In this document: positions 37,096 through 47,353 of the stretch, in pieces
How positions within the stretch are numbered: position 1 is the first letter of the stretch
Layout: each line of letters opens with the position of its first letter
Source: Trichodelitschia bisporula
Taxonomy: Eukaryota
Reading direction: 5' to 3'
Length of the DNA stretch: 64,000 nucleotides
Assembly (NCBI GenBank): GCA_010356995.1
Contig: ML996693.1
Coordinates: 186,001-250,000, forward strand
Notes under the pieces: generated by a model
What the model was told of the DNA's origin: nothing
What the model saw: the letters and a program-made list of their open reading frames with translations, nothing else
The model's database searches: none
Made by a program: the position numbers and the translations under genes

Positions 37096-38858
37096 TGTCG
37101 TGTCACTTCTGGCGTTCCTACAAAATCTTATTGGGAGATGCAACAGCTGCGATGATGGTAGATGTCGTTGTTCGGAGGTTGCTTTTGCCGTGGTGTTAAG
37201 CCCTGGGGGAGGTCGGATTGACGTCGGTCGGGATGGGGGCTACACTCACACCATTTGTCTCAGTGTTCGTCAAGCTTCATCCTCTTGTATTCGCTTTTCG
37301 CTTCAAGAGCCTTACGACAAAGACAGCATCTCACAATTGCTGACTGGACAGTATAGGAGCCGATAACTCCAAGCTCGACCTCAGAGCATCACGGCCCCAT
37401 CTCTCCGACTTGACTCGCACGAAGTCCATGCTCGATGGCCAAGTGGGCTGTTGTGGGTTGGAAGTTTTTACCTCCGTACTGGAAGACATCGTCGTGTCCT
37501 TGCCTTCTCGCCTTTGAACACGCTTATTTCGAGGTCTATCGCGATTTCAGACATTATGCACTCATCATTGAGATACGGATGCACTTGTACACATTTTGTC
37601 CGGCCCGAAGCTTACGGATGTACTGTCAAGACCTCCAAAGTCGAATCGATAGGCTTCCAAGGACGTGTGTGTACCGTAACATCGCTTGTTTCTTGGTTTC
37701 CTCGACCTCAAGCCAGCCACGCCAGTGTCGCAGGAATGCCTGCAAGCGATCGACATGGCTTGTCAATCCGGATCTCGCATTGCCGGCCGAAAGATGCGAT
37801 GCAAGATTCGTCATGACCAAGCCGGCAAAGAAGAAGCGCAGAACTCAACTCCAGCCTCCCCAATTCTCGGCCTTGAGATATGCCATGCTGTCATCGGCCA
37901 ATGATACCCGGTCGTTGCACCACATTCTTCAGCGGTCACTGGCTTCAGCCCAACGCCTCATGAACTGGTTCGAGGCCGAGGTCAGAAATCCGGAGGCGGG
38001 GGAGGGGAAACTGGGGCGTTCATAGCGGCAGAGACCCCAGTCCCTTCAGGTGAGAAGCAAAGGTGGATCAGCGCGACTCCAAACTTTTGTTGACAATGGC
38101 ACGTCAAATCGTCTCTGCCGTGCTTGTTCTACCCGACCATACCTATCCCCCCTCTTCCTCGCGTATGCCCAACGGGAAGCTGGCGGAAGGGACGTCAAGG
38201 CAAGAAACTCAACACACAAGCATCAAGGCACTCAGCCACAAGCCACCAGCCATCAGCAAACCCCCCACCAGTAGCTCCGACCCATTGCGTCACCGTATTC
38301 CCACCACATCCCATGGCGTCCGCCTCGCCCGCCGTTCCTGTCCGACCATTCCCAGGCAAAAAAGCCATATGCATGACAATTGACCACTGCGCCTGCGACG
38401 GCACAAGCGGCGCCTCGCTGCATGCGTGCAGCAGCCTTGTTTCGCGCCCGTAGGCGAAGCTCACACTCGCGTTCGGTGCTCGGTGCCTTGCAAGCTCCTC
38501 CATGTTCCCGCCTCCCCCACCAGCCCTTCGGGCCGCCCTCGATCAGGCTCGAGACGCCATCGACTGCCATGGAACACTCACCCGCCAGCCGTGTCACGCC
38601 TGCGCGCGCGCTGACGGGCAGGTTTAGTCCGCCCGCGCGGAAGCCGTCGCTCGCCCGTTAAACAGCGAGCTTGCCGCGCCTTCCACCGGAGTCCCTTGGT
38701 CCCTCCCTCCTTTCTCTCCCCTCACTCCGTCCATGGCCACTGAGTCCCTCTCTCCGACCTGCTGCTGCTGCTACTCCCGCTAGATGCGTCGTCTTCTTGG
38801 GTTGCAAAGCAGAGGATAAGGATCATTACAACTAGCTTGCCCGATTCCCGCACACGCC

Positions 38859-40688
38859 ATGCGTAGGTTGGCCTCTTCCCTCCTGCTCGCGCGCCTTGCC
38901 GCCGCGCAGACCGTCTCCCTCGCCCCCGCGCCCAAGGCTTCAAATGCGGCGGGCATATCGGACGTGGTGGACAGTTCGTTCGCGGGCTTCGGCTTCGAGC
39001 CTTCGAATCTCTTCTCCTTCACCGGCACCACGAGCCCCAATGGCCTCTCGGTCAACCTTCTCCAGAACCTGGCGGACTATGCCGGCGCGCCCGCCGCCAT
39101 GCGCATCGGCGGCAACACCGCCGACTACATGATCTACGACGCGGATTACTCGGGCTGGAGCTTGAAACAGAACCCAGATCCGCAGGGCCAGGGCGCTATC
39201 CCCAGCGACAGCTTCACCTACGGGCCAAACTACTTCAAGGCGCTCGACCGCTTCCCCAAAGGCACAGAAATAACCTTCGGCCTGAACCTAGCCTACGAAG
39301 GAGACGACTATCTCCAAAACATAGTCAACGAAGCCCGAGCCGCAGTCTCCCTTCTCAAAAACGTCCGCCTCGTCTCCTTCGAAGTCGGCAACGAGCCCGA
39401 CCTCTACCTCAAAAACGGCTTCAGGGACGCGCCTTGGGGCGGCCAAGTCTACACGCAACAGTTCCTCGAACGCGCCTCCGCCGTCTACGAGCGCGTCCTG
39501 CGCCCCGCCGGCCTCAGCGCCACCTTCTTCGAACCCCCAGCAACAGCCTCGACAATCGGCACCACCTTCGAAATCGAACAACTAGTCAAAGACGGCATCC
39601 TCGCCGGCGTCAACGGGTCCACCTCCCTCGTCGCCGGCTGGAACCAGCACGACTACTACTACTTCGTCGACGTATCCACCTACGCCCTGACCCTCGACCA
39701 CATGCTGCAGCTCCCCACCACCGCAGACCAATTCGCCTACTGGGCCTCGCAGGTCAAAATCGCCCTCTCAACCGGTCTCCCTTACTATCTCCGCGAAATG
39801 GCATCCGCCGGCCCGGTCGGTTTGCAGGGTATAAGCGATACTTTCGGCGCCGCGCTCTGGACGCTCAATTTCTTCCTCTACGCTGCCTCGCTCTCCATCG
39901 CTGCGGTGCAGATGCACATGACCGATAACTCCTTCGCGTCTGCCTGGCAGCCCGGCACGATGTATGGCAAAGGGCCGCATGTGCGCCCCTCCTACGCGGC
40001 CTTTGCGGCTATGGCCCAGCTCCTGGGCGCGTGTAACGGGAGTGCGCAGATCGCCCCCTTGACGCTGGGCGGTGTGCCCGCGGGATACGCCGGCTACGTC
40101 GGGGCTTGGGCAGGGTATGCGAGCGGCGCGCTGCAGGCGCTCGTCCTACTCAACACGCGCGCGAGCAACGCCTCCGCACCCAGCGGGGGCACACTCCCCT
40201 TCTCCCTCGCCCTCCCCGGCCTCGAAGGCCAAACGCTCTACATATCGCGCCTCTCCGCCCCCGGTGCAGACAGCACAGAGGGCGTGAGCTGGAACGGGCT
40301 CTCCTTCGAAACCTCCGATGGTACCCCCAAAAAATTGGACAAGGACGACAGCGCCAGCACCGTGAAAGTAGATTCCAACGGCAATGCCGCGGTCAGCGTG
40401 CCCGACTCAGGGGCTGTTGTTGTGAACGTCGGGTTCAGACTTGGGACGCGCGGGCCGGTGGCGGGTAAAAGGGGCGGCGGGGCGAAACCCGATGCTACCG
40501 GCCCGGCTAGTGTGGCGGTGGTTAGCACGGCGATTGCGCTTGTGGGGAGTGTGACGGGGAGTGATGCGGGGGCTGTGCGGGCGACGGGGCGGGCGAAGGG
40601 GGATGCCCCTTCTAGAGGAGTCGAGTGGGCGGTTGCGGGCGTGGTAGTGCTGGGGGGGTTGGTGGGGGCGGGGATTTTGGCGCTGTGA
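38859..40688 (+). CDS. Glycoside hydrolase family 79 (beta-glucuronidase-like), secreted, probably GPI-anchored or C-terminally anchored
   Basis: Signal peptide, MRIGGNTAD, FEVGNEPDLY, YLREM, SDTFGAALW and a hydrophobic C-terminus. Confidence 0.9.
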   Translation: MRRLASSLLLARLAAAQTVSLAPAPKASNAAGISDVVDSSFAGFGFEPSNLFSFTGTTSPNGLSVNLLQNLADYAGAPAAMRIGGNTADYMIYDADYSGWSLKQNPDPQGQGAIPSDSFTYGPNYFKALDRFPKGTEITFGLNLAYEGDDYLQNIVNEARAAVSLLKNVRLVSFEVGNEPDLYLKNGFRDAPWGGQVYTQQFLERASAVYERVLRPAGLSATFFEPPATASTIGTTFEIEQLVKDGILAGVNGSTSLVAGWNQHDYYYFVDVSTYALTLDHMLQLPTTADQFAYWASQVKIALSTGLPYYLREMASAGPVGLQGISDTFGAALWTLNFFLYAASLSIAAVQMHMTDNSFASAWQPGTMYGKGPHVRPSYAAFAAMAQLLGACNGSAQIAPLTLGGVPAGYAGYVGAWAGYASGALQALVLLNTRASNASAPSGGTLPFSLALPGLEGQTLYISRLSAPGADSTEGVSWNGLSFETSDGTPKKLDKDDSASTVKVDSNGNAAVSVPDSGAVVVNVGFRLGTRGPVAGKRGGGAKPDATGPASVAVVSTAIALVGSVTGSDAGAVRATGRAKGDAPSRGVEWAVAGVVVLGGLVGAGILAL

Positions 40689-42119
40689 GGGGTGGTGGGG
40701 TAATGGAGGAACGGGGAACAGGGAATAGGTAATGGATGGAGGGTAAGGGGAGGGGAACGGGGGATATATCGCCGGTTAGGTACGATTTCGGGGATGTAGG
40801 ATATCATGGCTTGTTTGGGCTGGGATGTTCGGGGCTATGGGCATTGGTTTGCGGCATTTTAGGGGCGTTGGGGGGGGGCATACCTGGCGTATGTGCGTGG
40901 GTAGACACTGGACTGCATGGAGAGGGTCTTGTGGTTTTTTGAGGGCGGCACGGGTAGACGGGATTCATGGCTCCTGTTTTTTTTTGGGGATGATGTTGGA
41001 TTCGGAGCATTGATCTGTAGGCATTGGAATACTATCTTACCCCGGTATCGAGCGCGAGGGCACGGTGATGAGGGTGGAGCCGGGATGACTGCGCGGTTCG
41101 GGCCGAAGCATGGGGCCGCGGACCTTCCTGTGGCAGGGCACATCGTCGATCCACAAACCCCACTCAATGATACTTCACACGACGCCCAACTCCTCCATCG
41201 TTAGATCCCACCACTGACTGCATACTCGAGCAAAGGCTGCAAGGCGTTGTATTGTCGTGGCCTTTAGACTGTGTCGGTGTCCCGCTTGCTCCGCTTTCTC
41301 TTGCTTTGGGGGTCATCTGCTATGGTCCGCTTGCGCTTGCGGTTATCCCCTTGCTCCATATTCTGATCCGGGGGCGGACGAGTGTGCATAAACTGGACGA
41401 AGTCGGAGACAATAGTCTTGAGGTCGAGGCTTGTTTGATCAAGACGTTCTTTCCGGGGTGCGCCATTGTTGCTGGGTTGCTAGTTGGCTTCTGTGTTCTG
41501 TGGTTGGCGAAAGGCGTACGTGAGCTGATGCAAAGTCGAGATCTTGGGACAGCTGCTTTGGTAAATCAGCCTCATGCTTCGAAATCTCAGAGCTTGTACC
41601 TACGTAGGATATGTTGTGGTCCATGACAGGCGGGTGCGCCACCTGGACCACTGGGGGCATGTGGATTCTACTTCCAGAGGAACCGCTGATGAAAGAGTTG
41701 CATTGAAGAGGAGAGAGGGGAAGCTATAGAACTTTCTGCTACGGTGTATAAAGCGATGGTGCCAAGCCGTGATATGGCTCCAGCTCGTGGCTAAAAGTCC
41801 TGCCGAAGACCCGGGGCTGCAGTTTGCTGCCGAGAGAAGCATAGAGAACATTCCTTAACGTTTGACATCTCTTGAGAGTTTAAGCAAAACATTGGTACGA
41901 GGACTTTGGTGCGATAGACCAGACAAGAGCCGACCAAAATCCCTAACTCCCCCAAACCCAACCCCTATCCAACCCTCCCTCCGCACCTCCAACCCATCCG
42001 CAACGAAACATAAAGCATCTATCCCACCCCCCTGTCCCCACCAGCCACAAACCCGCCTCCAGATCCCATTCCACTCCGCACTCCCACCGGCCAAAGCCCC
42101 CAAGTTCCCTCACGCACTG

Positions 42120-42638
42120 CTAAACCAAGCACCCCCCCCCCCACCCCCCACCCCCCATCTCACTCGCACAGCAGGCACCAAATATCAACCCCATCGCTGC
42201 AGCCCAATCGCCGCAGCACCCGTCGGAGTCGCATGAAGGGTGCTTCCCTGCCGCGTCCCCGTCGTGCGGTGCGGAGGGCGCGGGGTCACTGCCGCGCGGG
42301 GATGGGGGGGGGGCGGTGGGGGAGAGGGGAGTTGATGCGTATCCGGCCCGCTTGGTGTATCCTGCCCTGCTGGTGTATCCTGCCCGCCTGGCGTACGTGG
42401 CCCGCCCGTATCCAGCCCGTCCGTACCCAGCCCGTCCGTACCCAGCCCGTCTGGCCGAGGGGGCGGCGGATGGGATGGAGGCGGGGCATGGTGTGTAAGG
42501 TGTAATTGCGGAAGACTGTAGAGGGGAACAGAGGGGGGTGAAGAAAGGCTCTTTGAGTTATCAGCCGTTGGGAATAGGGGTAATGTGAGGGGAGGGGAGG
42601 AAATGTATAGGGACGTTGACTACCTTGCTGTTGTTCAT
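42120..42638 (-). CDS. Putative small spliced protein with RAGY repeats and Cys-rich hydrophobic (CYSTM-like) tail; intron about 42516-42623
   Basis: CACCATG start, MNNSK|GTAGTC donor and pyrimidine-rich TACAG acceptor. The frame is open to TAG at 42122-42120. Repeat variation falls mostly at third codon positions. Confidence 0.5.
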
Positions 42639-43232
42639 GGTGCGCGAGTACACTGCGGAAGGGAAGATGCAGGACGGGTGACCACTGAAGTGTGTTATTT
42701 TTGTTGGGTTTGAGCGGAGAAAGAATGGGCTTGATGAATGTTGGTGCACGAGTTGAATGGATACGGATACTAGTTCTAAGTATTGAGGATGAGGAGCGAA
42801 AGTGGTGATGAGGTTGGTGAAGGGTAGGGAAGGAATGAGCTTACGTCCGGCAAGGGCCACGTTTTTATCAGTCGCTGCCTCCGCTCGGAGTTCTCGTCGC
42901 CGTTGCGGCCTTCCCATGCTTTAAGTCGCGCTTGATGTTGTCGCGGAAGGCTACTAGAAGCGATCCATGAGGCAAAGGCTGGGCAAGGCTGAAACCCGGG
43001 ACAGGGGTCGAACCCACCCCACTCTACACTTAAAATATTTGAACACACCAGTAGATGTTACTTCTTCTCTCACGATTGATCCGCAATTCAAATTTAAGTC
43101 ATTTCAAAAGTACGTATTCTCGGCTCCAAAATCCCCGGTTCCTAACTCCGTCCGCCCTTGCGCCTCGCTATGCATCGAAAGGTCCGAAACAGCCTTGTAA
43201 ACACAATCATACCACCACATCAGGAGCAGCAT

Positions 43233-45614
43233 TCAGTGGCGCAGCTCAAATAGCCCCCCATGCCAACCATACGTCTTAGCCAGCCTGCGGCCCGCCTTCT
43301 TAGCCTGATCCAAGGAGAGCTTATTCACAGGATGGGGTTCGTGAATAGTAATCCTCGGTCCCTCCCACTGCGGCGTGAAAACCCACATGGAGCCCCCGTT
43401 CGTCTCGGCTGTAAAGCCCACGCTCTGCATCGCGTGCATGAACTCGCGCCATGGGACTTGGTTTGCCGGTCGGCCATCGGGCTGGTAGAAGAGGGTGTTG
43501 AAGACATTCAGAGCGCGCTGGTCGACCAGGAACTTTCGTTCCACAGGGCTCTGCGGGGGTTCGTTCTCATCGGGTGTGTCCTCGGCGGCCGGTTCCTCGG
43601 AGGAAGGTCCTCCTTTCCGTGTCTTGATTTTGACTTTGGGCTGGTTCGCCAGGAGTTCCGTTTTGGAAACCCCTCGGTCAGGCGGAGAGAAGACTTGATT
43701 GGCAGGCTGGCCAGCAGTAGTTGGGCTGGCCGGGAGAGACGTAGGTGGCGAGGACTTGGCGTTCTTGTTTTGCAGGGCAGTGCGCTGGGAAGCCCGCCGT
43801 GCCAGGAGATCTCGGAGTCCCGGGCCCATATCCGTCTTGGTGTGTCGGTCAACCCGCTTCCAGAATTTGTTGAGATTGAATTCGGCGCGGCGCATGGTGT
43901 CCGTGTTCTGGTGAGTACGCTCCAAGTCAGCTGGGTAGGAAAGGTCGACGAGGGAAGGGTCTCCAAGGTTTGCGACCACATCTGGGAGCTCTATGATCCG
44001 GTCCTCCAGGAAGCCCTTCATGAAAGGTGTGGCTGCTGTAAATCGTTCTGCCATTTCCGCTTGCCGACCTTCCGCACTCATGCTCAGCCTAATAGAAATA
44101 GCCCATGGATGGAATTGCTCAATGTATGCCCTGCATGTGTTCAACGCCAGAAGGGGTGGAAGCAGGTCGGCGACGTATGGGGAGATGAGCCGCTGCGCTT
44201 GTGGGTCAAAGGATAAGAACCGGTCAAGCATGTCCGTGAACATGTCCAAATAGTGACCAGGGTAGTTAGGCTCGGCTATCTTCAGTGATTCGAAAAACCA
44301 GGCCACACGGTCCAAGGGAGAGCTGCTACGCTCTGGGCCAATGCAGCGACGCAGCTTTCCGGAGCTGTCCCAAGCGCAGGGTTTGCAACACCTCATCGAA
44401 GGAGATGCGAAAAAGGCAGTGAACGTCTGGTGCGTAAGTCGCTCTGAAAACCTGTCCAACGAGTACAAAAGCTGTTGGAAGGCCTGGTGGTACTCCCGAG
44501 GCAGAGGACGTTCGAGACGTATTTCCGCCTCGTACTTGGCATGAAGTACTTCGAGGTATGCAACTTGCTCAGATAAAACGCCCCAAACCTCCAGCATGCC
44601 GTACTCAAAGACAAGGTAGCTACCCAAGACCCTTCTCCAGTCGGAAAGGATGTAACGGCCGTCCGGAGTGCATTCGTATTGGTGATTCTTGTATTCAGCG
44701 AGAGCTTGGCTGAAGTAGGCCGGATTCTCCCTCAGGCTCCACATGTTGTCCTCGCAGGTCCAGAACTCGTTTAAAATGATAGAATGGAGCCGATTCAGCT
44801 CCAAACTGGCACGCAGTCGATAGGGCGCTTCCTTTTTGACAAAGGCCACGGAATCGAGTTTTGGAGGCCGAAAAATCTCAGGCATTGGCGCTTCCAGGAG
44901 GCTGGGGTCCATCAGCGTCTCATTGGGGATGTGGTCAAGTATGAGACGGCAGCACTCGGCGAGGATGCTGTAAATGCGGTCCTGTGCTTCGAGCAATATC
45001 AAGCCAAAACCAGGGTCGCGTATCCTGGATGTTAATCGGACGGTTCCAGAGACCTCCGGGTAAGGGTCGTACAAAGCCAGTTCCCCGAAGGTTTCATGTG
45101 TCAGCCAACCAGTGAACATCGGGTAGTTCTCAAGAAATCCCGGTCGGAGCACATGCAGGTTGGTACCCAGGTGTGTTCCTTCCATGTCTTTTGCCGCAAA
45201 GGCGTTTGGGTGTTCCCTTGACCTGACATACAGGAAGAGGAGAAGCGAATATTCCTGGAGCAGATCCTCTTGGTTGAGGCAAGGAAGCAGAAAGGCGTCT
45301 CTGCTTTTTCTATCCGCTGCTGGCAATAAGTCTGCCTCCTCCCAATGCCAGCCGCACCAGGCCACAAAATCAGGACGATGGTGAACTGGCATATTGGGGT
45401 AGGCTGTCAAGAGAACCTGTTTCCGTTGACCGGTATCCATTGACACCCATCTCCTTTGGATGACACCCTCATACCGCTCGAGCATCTTGTAGAGGAGCTG
45501 CCAGTTCATGAAGATCTTTTCAGAATAACTTTTGGCGATATTGCGTACATCTTCCGCCGACGGACCACTGTTTGGTCGCCCATGAGCGAGCGATTGGTTC
45601 GCTTCGCCGTCCAT
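43233..45614 (-). CDS. Intronless hypothetical protein (~790 aa) with C-terminal HicA-like domain
   Basis: Long ORF. The C-terminus reads WREFMHAMQSVGF..ETNGGSMWVF....ITIHEPHP...LAKTYGW. Confidence 0.8.
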   Translation of the reverse strand: MDGEANQSLAHGRPNSGPSAEDVRNIAKSYSEKIFMNWQLLYKMLERYEGVIQRRWVSMDTGQRKQVLLTAYPNMPVHHRPDFVAWCGWHWEEADLLPAADRKSRDAFLLPCLNQEDLLQEYSLLLFLYVRSREHPNAFAAKDMEGTHLGTNLHVLRPGFLENYPMFTGWLTHETFGELALYDPYPEVSGTVRLTSRIRDPGFGLILLEAQDRIYSILAECCRLILDHIPNETLMDPSLLEAPMPEIFRPPKLDSVAFVKKEAPYRLRASLELNRLHSIILNEFWTCEDNMWSLRENPAYFSQALAEYKNHQYECTPDGRYILSDWRRVLGSYLVFEYGMLEVWGVLSEQVAYLEVLHAKYEAEIRLERPLPREYHQAFQQLLYSLDRFSERLTHQTFTAFFASPSMRCCKPCAWDSSGKLRRCIGPERSSSPLDRVAWFFESLKIAEPNYPGHYLDMFTDMLDRFLSFDPQAQRLISPYVADLLPPLLALNTCRAYIEQFHPWAISIRLSMSAEGRQAEMAERFTAATPFMKGFLEDRIIELPDVVANLGDPSLVDLSYPADLERTHQNTDTMRRAEFNLNKFWKRVDRHTKTDMGPGLRDLLARRASQRTALQNKNAKSSPPTSLPASPTTAGQPANQVFSPPDRGVSKTELLANQPKVKIKTRKGGPSSEEPAAEDTPDENEPPQSPVERKFLVDQRALNVFNTLFYQPDGRPANQVPWREFMHAMQSVGFTAETNGGSMWVFTPQWEGPRITIHEPHPVNKLSLDQAKKAGRRLAKTYGWHGGLFELRH

Positions 45615-46149
45615 TGAGGTTGACAAGACGCTTTTGCAGCGAGGGAGATGGAGGAGGTGTCGAAGATTCGGGGGTGGTCGAGGCACACCTAGGTGATGAG
45701 GGTTATGCAGTAGACGAAGTAGAGGAGACCTTCGTAGGGGATGGGTGCAAATGCGAGGAAGAGCACTCGAAAAGGTTGATGGCGAGTATGAACTGGCTTG
45801 TCGTTTGTGTGTGGATATTTAGTTGGAAGCTACAAATTATTGGGGGGTGAATATAATGGATATCGTGGGATTCGGACTTCCATATCTTGGCGTTTGCGGA
45901 GCTTTGTGAACTTGGCGCAGTTTTCGTTCAGAAATGGTCCAGAAATTGGCCGAAGCTTTGACCCAAGTAAATGATGGAGATGATGCCGAATATTCCTATA
46001 GGTGTAGATCGCTGATATTGAACAGCGCTAGCGCACGAGGAGGAGGCCGGAGGCGTTTGACCGCCTGCCAAAGAACCCCGATATCTTGAAGATGGCATTA
46101 GCGTCTGTGATCATTTCGGAGGACTTGCTTACCCTTTCAATTGAGAGTC

Positions 46150-46755
46150 CTATCCCATCTTCATCAGATCCAACAAATCCATCCCAAACCCGGCCTGCGA
46201 GTTAGCCTCGCTTCGACTCTTGGTCAGCATGGCTTGGAGGGAGGTCTGCTTTCGAGACCGTGCCCGCTTCTTACTGCTGGTACTTGCTGAAGTGGCTATA
46301 GGGTCTGACTGCTTGCTTTGTACTGACGAGTCTGATCCGGGAATGCTCGTGACTTGCTGTGACGCACACTGATTCACTGAAACCGGTTGCTGAGGCTTGT
46401 CGGCCATAAGTTGCCGGGCTGCAGGAGAATACAAGACGTAGGTTCTGGAGCTACAGACGCTGCACTCATATGTGGTTTTCGCTTCGCTATCGGATCGGGA
46501 TTGAGAAGTAGAGCGTGCCTCTTTCGATTTCCTGGCTGGTCGGGCTCGGACCTTTGAACGTCGTCTATGAAATGGAAACCCACATGCGCTGCAGACGGAG
46601 CGCTTGCGCGCATCCAAGAGGGGCATGTCATTGTCTTCAAGTACTCGATTATAGCACACTTGAAGGTGTGCTGCAGTCGTCGGGGAAGCTGCGGCGAGCA
46701 GGCATGCTGAATCACTGAGATATTTTAAACGGGCGGAGACGACCTGTGATGCCAT
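46150..46755 (-). CDS. RNase P/MRP subunit, Rpr2/Rpp21/Snm1 family
   Basis: RLKYLSDSA helix, two CxxC pairs (CSAC, CSVC), basic KKRARSRK and C-terminal LQAML...MDLLDLM. Confidence 0.75.
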   Translation of the reverse strand: MASQVVSARLKYLSDSACLLAAASPTTAAHLQVCYNRVLEDNDMPLLDARKRSVCSACGFPFHRRRSKVRARPARKSKEARSTSQSRSDSEAKTTYECSVCSSRTYVLYSPAARQLMADKPQQPVSVNQCASQQVTSIPGSDSSVQSKQSDPIATSASTSSKKRARSRKQTSLQAMLTKSRSEANSQAGFGMDLLDLMKMG

Positions 46756-47353
46756 TGCTGCAGACGCTGTCCGGCGGGGCAGTATGGTATAACACAAGAG
46801 TGAGGTGTCGTGGGGAAGATATGGGTAGATGTTGAAATCAATGGTGGAGTCGATCGATATGGCCGGGCTAAGTGGAAAGCTTGTCGCCATCCGTCTTTTA
46901 GTCCCTACTTCTTAATCGCCAAGATTGTAGCAAAAAGACAGCTACGACTTTTTAGAGGGCGGCTACGAATTCTTCGAGCAGTCCTTGATGCATGGGTAAC
47001 TGATCCCTGCCCTTGCTCACCAGGAAAAACCCAAACAAACTCATGGCCGCCCCGCCGGGCATTTTTGCGGACGGCGACGGCTATCATCTTTTCCCGTGGC
47101 CCATGCCCAGGTTTTGGTGGGGATTCTTGCTGGCGCATGCACCCTGGCTGGTGGATCATGACTCCACGTCTTGGAAGTAGAAATGCTACAGTATAAAGTC
47201 ACCGTGCTGGAATAATAGCACTGCAGCCGCGTCGACTATTGGAAGAGATTCTCTATCTTTTCAACCGCTACCACTACAACACTTTACTTCAGTGCATTCA
47301 TCTCGGCGAACAAATTCCTCGTTGATCAGTTTTCTACTTCCAACGGCTTCAGC

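Noticed and set aside
42316..42498. Plus-strand YPAR-repeat ORF as a dikaritin/RiPP precursor
   Set aside because: No ATG, signal peptide or Kex2-delimited cores, and no DUF3328/UstYa gene in the window. The minus-strand model has better start and splice signals.
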